From Chiloscyllium plagiosum (taxonomy: Eukaryota): 64,000 nucleotides of DNA. The DNA is taken from contig NC_057750.1 of NCBI RefSeq assembly GCF_004010195.1, positions 11,755,144 to 11,819,143 on the forward strand. Direction: 5' to 3'. The position numbers were made by a program, and so were the translations under genes. The notes under the pieces were generated by a model. It was not told the DNA's origin. It ran no database searches and was given only the letters and a program-made list of their open reading frames with translations. Shown here piece by piece: positions 47,001 through 59,000 of the stretch (the first letter of the stretch is position 1; the number at the start of each line of letters is the position of its first letter).

Positions 47001-50000
47001 TAAACTATAAAGGTTGACATTTTAGCTCCTGATATGAATCTAGGTAATTGTGAGGCAGAACCAAATCTACTCGCTTCATTTGTCATGAAGCGTTAACCTT
47101 TGAATGTCCTGTAGATTGTAGTGTCCTCTAACTTTACCAGTATTTATTGTCGATCCTAATTTACCTTAAGGTGGTAGTGAGTACTGGCTTGTAATGCAGC
47201 GGTTGATCCTGAAGGTGTCCCATGGTACTGTTTGTGTGTTCCATATTTTCAGCCAAGCAATAACAAAGGAACAGATGTATTTCCCATTCCAAATCAGGAT
47301 TATTTGATCAGAAGGGATACTGACAGTTGATGATTTTGTGCCCTTCTAGACAGATTTCGATATGGTAGGTAAAGGTAAAGCCAAAGCCTGGGTGAGTTGA
47401 TGTAGTTCTTGTAGCTGGTAAATGCTGCCAGGATGGTGAGCTAATGGTGTAGGAAATGAAAATTCTAAGGTGATGGATTAGATGTTAACCCAGCTGGTTG
47501 CTTTCTCTAGTTGTTTATTGGAATTGTACATGTCTAGGCAAATGGTGTCTTTGACTGCGCTCAATGCTTTTATGATGGAAAGGCTTTAGGATTTTAGGTA
47601 GTGGGTCACTCGGGAACACTATTATAGCTCTTAGCTGCAATATTGTGACCGGTCAGATTAAGTTTCTTGTTGTAGTGACTTGCAAGATGTTTTCAGTGAT
47701 CTGGCAGTTGAATAATTTCAAAGAAAGATGATCCATCACATGGAAATGGCATGGATACCTGTAATTTGAGATTTTTTGAGCAGGGTTAAAATGTACACTG
47801 TTCTGTTGTCTTTAATAACTTCATTTATAGAGGCATTTGCTACCAAGTTAGCTGAAGCTCTGAATGCTTGGATGGTCAGTTCCTAAGTTAGTATAATTTG
47901 TCAAACTAGTGGAAAGTGCATGTAGATGCTCCTAATTGCAAGGGGCACCCTACTTCTACACAGATGGTCAACAAATGAAATAATGGTTGGGCGGGGACAA
48001 AAAAAGGACTGCAGGTGTTGGAAGTCAAACAAAATCAAATTGCTAGAAAATCTCAGCAGGTTTTTAGCATCTGGAGAGAATGCAGAGTTAATGTTTCTTC
48101 AAAACTGAATAGCTAATGAAATTGGAATGCGTTAATCAAAACTGGGCTTTAAAACTTCACAATTGCTGTTTCAAAATAGAAATAAATGACGACATGATCT
48201 TCCTCTGTACAACAGTTATCTGCTCTGCTTTATAGGTTCTCTGTTTTGGATATGTCTGGAGTGATTGTAATTTGTCTGAATTTATGCTGTTCGCTGCTAA
48301 AACAAACTCTTATGCTAATGTTATTTAAAACTAGATTTAATCACGTGTGCACATAGGAATTGCTCATGGTACATCATGGAAGACTTGGTGAAATTTTTAA
48401 ATAATGCTCTGAATGTTTTGTTATCATCTAACACATTCTTTTATTGTCAGAACTCATTTTCCTTATTCTCAAATAGTATTAAGTCAGGCATTCAGATTGA
48501 AAATATGGTTAGATATTTTTTGATTAGGCATTCTTTCTCCTATCTTTATCTGTTCTGAACACGTCGGTACAGTACCTTTGGGAGAAGATGTAAAATGTTT
48601 CTGCTTTCTTTACAAACTTAACTTCAATTCTATCTGAATGGAGTTTGCTCTGTATTGTAGCCTGAAGATAAATGACACTATCCACTTTCTTTTTCAGCGG
48701 CCATGATACTGTAGACTTTGGTTTTGCTGCCAGTTTAGATTACCATTGACAGATCATGATTACTGATGGAGGTTAAATACTTTGGAAATTCTCTTCTCTG
48801 GTACTCTGAAGATTGCTAGTTATTTATGTACATGGCATTTTTTAATAATTGGCACAATATGTTTGAATTCTCAGCTATGTTGTGATGATGCCCAAGAAGA
48901 GACAGGCATTAGTGGAATTTGAAGATCTGAATGGTGCATGTGCCTGTGTCAACTTTGCAGTTGAAAGCCAGATCTATGTTGGTGCACAGCCTGCTTTTGT
49001 GAACTACTCAACTAGTCAGAAAATTTCCAGACCTGGTGATTCTGATGATTCCAGAAATGTGAACAACATACTCCTCTTCACAGTGATGAACCCCATCTAT
49101 CCAATTACAACAGTGAGTTATTTTAAATTTTACAACTGCATTATGGGGTGTATTTGAATTGGAGAAAGACATGTCTGTTGGATTTGATTTTAAACTGAAT
49201 GAATGAAATTCCGTTGGAAATGTGATATTTTATTGCTCATTGACGTTTGTGTGTATCATTCTTTTCCTGCTTTGGGTTGTGTAAATTTGAGGTTCACATC
49301 TTTTGCCTGCTGAGGGGGGTTATAGGTGGAAGGCTGAGTTGAGTAAATGCATGACCATTTTTGTCACAATTAATTGCTTTTTTTTATTTTTCAGGATGTT
49401 TTGTACACGATATGCAATCCATGCGGGCCTGTGCAAAGGATTGTCATATTTAGGAAGAATGGAGTCCAAGCAATGGTGGAATATCCTTTTTTTTTGGCAC
49501 TAACATTTGAGCATAGAATGAGATGTGTGGCAGGAATTTGATGGAAGATTGCTGATCTATTCTACTTGTTTAACAAATTGTTGTTAGATTCTGGTGTATT
49601 CTTCAATATTTGCATATAAGTGAATTGAAGTTGAAAGATACTGGGTGGTCCCTTTAGGATTGGGAGAAACCTTTTCTTCAACATCATCCAGTGAGTGGTG
49701 AGGCTGTGGTATTCTCTGCTACAAAAAGCATTTGAGGCCAAAACATTGTTTTCAAGTAGAAAATAGATCTGATTCTTGGGTTAAAAGGCTCCAAGGGTAC
49801 AGTGATGAAGGGATTTTAGGGTACGAAGTTGGATGATTAGCTATGGTCCTATTGAATGGCAGTGCAGAATCACTGCTCAATTGCCTACTGTTTCTATGCT
49901 TTTGTGAAGTATATGATTGAAAATTAGTGTAATAAATTCTTGCAGTTTGGTTGTGCCATGTTTTGGGTTTGGATTTGTTATGATTTGCAGTTAATACAAT

Positions 50001-53000
50001 AAGGTATTTTGAAGAATACATGGTCTGAGGATTACCTGTTTTTGTGATATTCTCGTGATATTTTGTGACATGCATGGCCATAATCCCCTTTTGATTGTTG
50101 AAGTCAGATTCTATCAACCTCTAGTCCCTGTGCTTCCAGTTGGTCTGACCTCTTGTGCACCCTGTGTACTCTAGAAGAATATTTGCTGACTGGGCCCCAT
50201 ACTTTAGTCCTCCATTTCTAATCTGTTTATATCCCACCCTTTTTATTTTTTGAAGCTTTTTTTTAAAAAGACCAGCTGTTTCAAAGGCTTTGGTCACCAA
50301 TTTGGCTGAGAGCCACTGAGTTTTTTTCAAATTTTATTTTACTAAATCTGTCATTATTTTTCCTCAGTGTAACCATTCATTAATTCTAATGACTGACCAC
50401 AGAAGTCTAATAGACCATTTGAGTTAAAAATAGAGTAATGTTTGATTGTTATATTTGTAGTGCTTTAGACTTTGCATTAGCAGGCAGCTATTGTGCATCC
50501 TTAATAATTCTGTAATATTTACCTTAACATGAGGCACATTTGATTCTGTACAAAGTGCACAAAGAGCAAAAGCATCTCTCAATGGAGCAGACATTTATTC
50601 TGGATGTTGTACTTTGAAGATTGAGTATGCAAAGGTAAGTAACTTTTGAAATGTACTCCGTGACAGAGGATACTGATGTAAGATTTTAGGATGGAATCTT
50701 TAAAGTTTGTAAGGAATTGTGAAAATTGATATGGACATATTAAATGCACAATTTTGCTTTTAAAATCTTTTAACCCTCCACTTAGTGTGCTGATTTACTT
50801 CAGAATATGACATTGGTATTTGAGTGTATTGTATGCAAGCGTTCGTGTTTTGCAGTTTGATATGATACCAGCCAGCAGTACGTGCTCTGAGGCTTTGTAT
50901 TGCCCTTGTGTTGCATAAGGAAACTAGGTTTTAGCCTGCATCGTGGCCCTCAGCTGAAGGGCGGATGTTCACCTAATCAGTTTATTAATCTAATTTTGAT
51001 TCCACTTTCTGTAGCCTACACGTTTGAATGTCTTCAAAAATGATCAGGACACATGGGACTATACAAATCCTACTTTGGGAGGACAAGGTAATAGATTTAG
51101 TATATGCATATTCCATGTTATACAGAATTATTTGTGACTGAAATTGTACGCATTCCAATTGAAAATTATACACATTTAATCCTACACTATATTTTACAGT
51201 TTAACTTTGGTGCTGTCATTTAATAGATTTGAGAAAAGCTTCCAGCAACATTGATTTACTGCACCATAGAAATCTAACAACTGATTAGCCTTAAGGTGAT
51301 GGGCTCTTGCTTTTGGTGTACAGCTTTCATTTTTCCAGTAAGTTGAGGGTTATGGAGATTGCGACTAGCTCAGTGGCAGACTCTTGATCAGGACTGAATG
51401 CATTATTGACTAACCTTTTAATAGCTCTTTGGGCTGCTGGAAAGCTTTCATGTGAGTGAGGTAATTTTGCATTGAACAATATTTTGTTTACTGTGTGTTG
51501 TAGCTTTCACTTTTAAATATGTCTTTTTAGTACGGGTTCTATTTTTGAGTTCAATGGGGCTTATGTAGATCTGTGTTGACTACGTGAACTCAAATTTATG
51601 CCAAGTGTTCCACTTCCTCTAGAAATTTGCTGTCTGCTAGGTCATTAGTCTATATTATCAGTAAGGCAAAATTGTCACGTCCGCAAATACAATACTGCGG
51701 ATGCAGATATTATGGAATTAAAAAACGCTGTAAACATTGTCTTGCAGATCTGTAGCATCTAAAAGAAATTCCAGGTCATGAACAGGCTTTCTATCTTCCG
51801 AAACCTGCAGAGTATTTCTGCCACTTTCTGTTTTCAACATTATTCACCACGTGCTGGTTGTCCCCAGCAGCTATAAGTAAAATTTTAAGGGTGATGTATC
51901 TATAAGTATTAGCTGTTTTTGCTTTTGGTTATTGACAAAACTGTATTGCAGTTCACCCTTGTCAAACAGACATTGGGACAGCAGTATAATGTTTGCGTTT
52001 TGGCTTAGGTTTTTGAAGCTTGGACAGAAGGTAGGGAAAAAGCCTTTTTGAAGGGCTAAAGTTTTGCAGAATACTTTTTTTTTTCCTGCTCTTCATTGGA
52101 TGTTCACTTTTCACAGTGGAGCTAATTCGGCTGCCTTTCCACATCAGGATGATTATAGATTTGGGAAGATTTAAACTAATGTTGATGTTTTCTCTAAACC
52201 TACCATTACGTCAACTTGTTAAATGAACATAACGGTATCTCCTCCATTTGAGTCTTCAACTTAAACAATTTCTCATTGCTGCATTGAGCCCTGAAATTTG
52301 GATAATTATGGTATTCTCATTCCATCTCTATGACAAGCTCAACTATATAATCCATTCATACATTTACTGAAATCAATTTTGAAGAAAAAAATTTAAACTT
52401 AAATCAAGATCCAGTGATCTAGCTGGTTCAAGACTAAGATTTGGAATTATATTGATTTAAGATGTGTCGTCATAAGGTCATCTGTACTTTGGTACTGTGG
52501 CTTGAAATTTATTTTTAGACATTTTGTGGAAGGGAATGAGTCGAAAGGAGTTGCCTGAATAAGCATAAAGACTGAACTTGAATCCTCCTGATAGCATATG
52601 TCCATGTGTAATCTTGTGATTGTGGTTCTAGACTAGGGTAGTGCATTATACAAAACCTCCAGTCTCAGGTTCAACTAAGGAATGAGCAATAAAAGTACTA
52701 ACTTGACGAGCTTTGCTGGTATCTTTGGCAGCAGGTCGTTTAGATTTTACTGAATATTAGTATCGCTCATGTGGTAGTGGTGTTCAACGGTCTTGTTTAA
52801 TTGCTGTAGATTTTTAATAAAATGGTTCCTCATAGGATGTATGTAGCAGAATTAATCCCATAAAAGCAGTGACTTTGGTTCCACTTACAATAAGCTTCCT
52901 TTTTGGTTAATCTACTTTGCAGAAGATTTATTCCAAATGAGATCCAGATTTTAACTATTTGGCTTTTTTAATCTAGGTGCCTTGCTCCAATCTTTTGGAT

Positions 53001-56000
53001 TATGTAAAAATGCTTGGCTTTTGCTGTAGTTTTGTAAGGCATGTTCATTACCATCTGACCTATGCCTTGTGACTTCGCCGAGGTAGGGTATAAAGCAGCC
53101 AGCATAGTACACTGTGTTCCTGAACCATAAATCTATTAAAGTTTTGTGCATCCATTGAACACATTTGCATTTGCCTGCTTTGATATCTTACTTTCCTAAG
53201 TAACATTCAACAATGATTGTAAATTTTCATATCCTTGAAGTTCATCTAGGGTGGAAAAAAAACCTTTTTGAGTAGCTCAGGTTAAGTTTTTATGGAATTA
53301 AGATTCCAATATGATGCTTGTTTGAATAAAGGGCCTGTTTCTAAAATGCTTTCTGACTTTAATCTGACTTGTGATGCTCTGTGACTGAACTTGTCTCAAT
53401 GCAGAATGTTGCTGGAAGTTTTTGCACATCCACAACAAGGTTTGACTTTCCTGACATTTGCCACCTGTGTTCCACTTGGTGTACTGGTATTTAGTGAATG
53501 TAAACACTCAGTGGTTTTCTGTGGACTGTGTACTCATCAGCATAGACTAGGTAACCGTGCTGACACTTGGAGGCAAATTGTCTTGGCTTTAGGTAATTGC
53601 TAACTGGGTTAATATTATGTTTTCATTAACTAAAATGCAAGCATTGAGGGATTTTCTGCAATCAAATATATAAACAATGCTTCTAATATTTTTGTATATA
53701 TTGATCTTTGCCTTAAAGATTAGTAGGCTTTTTTGATTCACTGTTTTTGTATGGAGCACTTTAATGTTATGCTAATTGTTTTGTGAAAGCCTTCCATTAA
53801 CTTGCAGAAATGTCAAGAAATCTTTACCTCACTCTACCAAGGATAGGATGGACTTAATTTTTATTTTAGTGCCTTGGCATTTTCCCTGATTTGTCCGCAA
53901 TTGAGTCAGATTGCTGAGCCAACTTTTAAATTTTCATTATATGAAGCTAACTTCATTGCAGGGTTGCAAATGGAGCAAGTCCAATTTTACTCAACTACTC
54001 TCAGTAGTCAGAAGGTAATTTTGGAGTGATGTTTGATTTGGTTACCAGTTACTAGGTAACTTGGCTAACTATCTTGACTTGAGTTGAATCGGTTTAACAT
54101 CTAAGTTTTTACATCTGCCATTCCCTTCTGTTACTGACTGTAATGCCAATTACGAAAACGTGTAATGGCTGCTCACTGAGTATACTACCTGTTGTACACT
54201 TTGAAGTCACCATAAAATGAAGCTGGGAGGCATGCTGCTAGTTTGGATCGTTGCAAGGTGGCAGCTTATACAAATCTAATGTCCTCTTACCCATCCAATG
54301 CATGGGTTTTAGTTACATGTTCATATGGGTATGCTTTTAAGTTAGTGCTGTAATATAATTTATCATTGCATTGAATAAAGTGGAAAGTCAAACCTGAGAT
54401 TTTGGCAGCCCAAATGGTGACTGTAAACTGTGACAGCATGTATTTTTAAAGGATATTTGTATAATTACTTCATGAATTCCTTCACAATGCACAGTTGAAT
54501 TCTATATGATTGTGATGACTATCTGTATCTGAATCTAATCCTAAATTGCACTATTCACCTATAATGAGCACATCTGATCCAAAATTGCATTAAATCGCCA
54601 TTTAAAATTGAGGTGTACATGTGTAACCATTGGGAAGCCAAATATGCACAGTTTAAAATTAAGAGACTTCTGGAAAGTTTACAAAACTTGTGTATAAATC
54701 TGGCGTACAAGAGTATGAGCTGTTTTTAATGAAATTCAGCTGTAGCATGATCCAAATGAAGCAAACTGCATATATTTTCATTTAAATGTTGAACTATGCT
54801 AGTAGTCGGTTAATTTTAAACTCTGCTCTTGCATTATATAATCAACCATTTTCAGGGTTAAGGGCACACACAGTGCAGCAGTAATAGGCAGACCTTTCTG
54901 AAGAAGCAAGCAGAATTCTTTCCTTTTTTTCATTGAACAAGAACAGTACATCGAGTGTCATACATTGACCCAAGATTACCTTGCAGCCACAACGATACGA
55001 CATGCCATCACTTACATACTGTGAGGCAAACCATCATTTTTCTAGACTTCTGAAGTGAAGGTATTGAAGGCAGACAAAAATGAGGCATATTCGCAAGAGA
55101 TGTAACTGTTTCATTTTCAAGATTTCTTCAGATAAAAGGTCAAAAAACACTGCCTCATGTGAACTGATACAGAATTGTCTCAGGGGTTTTCCCGCACTTT
55201 GCTTAGAGGAACTCTCGTCATAAGACAAGTGCATTCATACAGCGCTCTTGAAGTACATGCCGAGTTCCTTCCACCAGTCAACCCAACCTGCTGAAACACC
55301 AGTTTTCTACATTCCTACATTTCAGAGAACATTCAGACATCTGCCATAAACAACTGATACTCGGCAACATGCAAGTTCAACAGGAGGGATAAGAGACACA
55401 TTGTATGAGGCACATCAGTACAGCTATTTTGCTGCATAAATGATACATTACCAATGGTACACAACTTCATTTTGGACACCCATGTGGGAGATGTACACAG
55501 ATCCTGCACAAGTAAGCCTTGCTACCTACCACAAAGCCCAAGACCAACACATCCAACACTACTTTCAGGAGAACGACATGGAGGAACACTGGGTTTTCAT
55601 ATGCTCACAACCTTTTTACTGAACCATTTGACACCTGTGAAGAATCTTTTACCTGAACTGTGAACGTGAAATTTGTTGCTAGATGCAATTGTTAGAACTA
55701 GTACTGCCTTTGTATAAAATCTCTATTCATTGCTGTAAAACGTGTAATGCAGGGTTGAAGCATATGTTTGGGGCGCCATCTTTCAAAACTGCAATAAGTT
55801 GCTGTTGAAGCATTGGGTGGTAAGAAAAAAAATGCAGACATATTGTGCACATGGACGTTGTTCTCTAACTCTGGCTGTAAGTAGAACTTTTTATGCTTGA
55901 ACCTTTGTGGTATTAGATCTGTTAAGACTACACTATAAAATTCAAAGCCAAAGTTTTATATGTATCTCTGTACTGTGGAAAATATTGTAATAACTCATGA

Positions 56001-59000
56001 AGAAAATCAAGTTTCAATTTTTCTGTTATATTAGTTTGGCTATCTGGCAGCTTGGGCAATGCATTTAACACTGTCCTTTTCCACTACGTCCTTTCTCTTT
56101 ATAAGGTGATCCTAACAAGCGACAGCGCCAGCCAGCCTTGCTTGGAGATCATCCATCCGAGTACGGTGAGGGTTGGGTGTTAATACGTTTAACAGCATAC
56201 TCTTGTTTACGTCGAAACTTTAGCTTTTTCCTGCCTTTTCACTTTGAAGAAAGTGCTTAGTTTTTCCCCCTCCCTATTTTAGTGGTGTTTGCTGGGTGCA
56301 ATTTGTCTTGTGACAGTTCACTGTGTTATGCAGCCAGTGATCATATACACTTGGCTTTGGTGAGTGAATCCTGCCCTTGTTTGAGGGTATAATGCACTTC
56401 CACCATGGGTTGCTGGATAGCCACCAAAACAAGTAAATTGACTGGCTATGAGTTTAGATTTTTGGTGTCTCCTCCTGCTGATTTTGTAATGAGGTTAATT
56501 GTTGTAATGCTGCACAACTGGATTGGCTGACTTTGCACTGGATTTCTTGAACAGTGCTATGAATGGCTCTACACAGTAACAAACTATCCCCATGGTCACG
56601 AAATTCCACTGTCCTTGTGCTGTCTTTAGTGAAGTTCCTGTTTTGAAGATGAAATGTAATATAACTCCCTTTACTGTCCAATATGCAGAATGTATTAAAA
56701 CATTTTCACAAATGTGCCATTTCAGGTTGATAAGATTTATTTTGTGATGTGGAGGTTTTCATCGCCTTCAATGCAGCATTCGTTTTTAAATCTGTTTTGA
56801 TTCCTTCCAAAGGGGCTCCCCAAGGAGGATATAGTCACTATCCAGATGATGATTATGGTCCACCTACCCATTACGAACGCCGAAGGATGGGAGGTCCACC
56901 TCCAGTGGGTGGTCCTCACCGGGGCCCACCCAGTCAACGTTATGGACCTCAGTACGGACCGCCTCCACCACCACCACCACCAGAATATGGTCCTCAAGCA
57001 GAAAGCCCAGTACTGATGGTTTATGGTTTGGACCCTTCAAGAATGAATTGTGATCGAGTGTTCAATATCTTCTGTCTGTATGGAAATGTGGAAAAGGTAA
57101 ATTTTCTGCTTTTCTTGGAGGCAGAGAACCATGATGCCTTATTCCTACCGTATTACTGTTTGCCTGTTACTGTTCGGTCTATGTCCACATTTTGAGACTT
57201 GTGTGATTTTTACCACGGTTAAACAATAGTAAGTTCGTACTGAAAGACTGTGTATCTGATTATTTGTCACCTTTTTTATTGTTTTTCTAGGTGAAGTTCA
57301 TGAAGAGTAAGCCAGGAGCTGCCATGGTAGAGATGGGAGATGGATTTGCTGTGGATCGTGCCATCGGCCATTTGAATAATACTTACATGTTTGACCAAAA
57401 ATTAAATGTCTGGTAGGTGCTAACATTTGAAATTTTCTATGGGAGAGTGAAGGGAATAGATATAGTATTCTATCCCAAGATTTTCAAACAATAGTTAAAT
57501 TAGACCAGTGCCCCCCCCCCCCCCCCCCAGTTGTGTTGAAGTAGAGTCTAGTGTTCTGAAATCCACATTGTAGGAGAGAGGAGATTTCTATCAGGGTGTT
57601 GAGCATAAACAGGAAGGAACTTTTATTCCATCGTGGATTGAAGGGGCACATTTCAAAGATGATGTGAAGACCATTACTTACACCTAGAGTGGTGGGAACC
57701 TGGATTTAGATCTGCAGTGCGATGCAAAGGCTATGGATCAAGTGCTGGAAAATAGCATTAAATAGGTGCTTGTTTTTGACTGGTGTAGACTTGATTGGCT
57801 GCAAGGTACTTTTCTGCACTGCTGACTTACTGATACGCAATTCTAGTAAAGTCTGAGGGACTCAGCAGTGTGGTGAATATTCACTCTATGTAAAATGATA
57901 TTGTAGCTGGGGTATCTTAATTTTCTGCCGAATACCAAAACATTATGTCAGAAATATTGTCAGGCAGCATCTGTGAAAAGGTTCATGTTTTGCTTAAAAT
58001 TAAAAATCACACTACACCAGGTTGTAGTCCAATAGGTTTAATTGGACGCACTAGCTTTTGGAGCGCCACTCCTTCAGGTGTTTGTGGTGCTCCGAAAGCT
58101 AGTGCTTCCAGTTAAACCTGTTGGACTATAACCTGGTGTTGTGATTTTTAACTTCGTACACCCCAGTCCAACACCATGTTTGCTTGATGAGCTCTTAAAT
58201 TCACCGCTTGTTGTGCTTGGTATAACTTTGGATCCTGAACGGCAAGTCAGTAAAGATGGTTTTTAAAAAAATGTGGTGTCAACTGTTGATTTTGTGAAGA
58301 GAGATCGTCTGTGCAAGGAGGATGTGGTTGTGTGAGGTCCTGCTTTGGAAATTCTTGTGGTAACGGTATTTTTTTTTTCTGTGAAGTGTATCCAAACAAC
58401 AAGCTATAATGGCTGGTCAATCATATGAGCTTGAAGATGGGTCCTGCAGTTTCAAGGATTTCTCTGGCTCCAGAAACAATCGCTTCACCACTCCAGAACA
58501 AGCCAGCAAAAACAGAATCCAGCACCCAAGCAATGTCCTACATTATTTCAATGCCCCTCCAGAGGTGACCGAGGAAGCCTTCTGTGAGGTACTATTTGGT
58601 TAACATTTTCAGTTAGCATATTGGGGGTCCCTATGTTTGCTTTGTCTCCTTTCTGAGCTGCTGTACTTGTTTTTTTATGTTGCACAGATACTGAAAAGAT
58701 GACTGGAACGAGACTCCTGTTTATTCATTTGAATAAAAGATTTAGGTGCTTTTGCATTTAAGATAGCAGTACGAGGTGCTGTCTTTTGATCAAAACTTTG
58801 GTTTAACTGCTTGGTTAGCTGTACTGCATGGAAATAGACCTGTTGCTCCAACTCTTCCGTGCCATCCAGATATTGTAAATTAATCTTCTCCCATTTGCCA
58901 GCACCTGCCCCAGCTGAGCGAACATACCCGGAACCATGGCAGCTGGCATCTGAGCTAAAATTCTTTACGCAAACCTTCAGTGTACTTTTTAAAATGTTGT

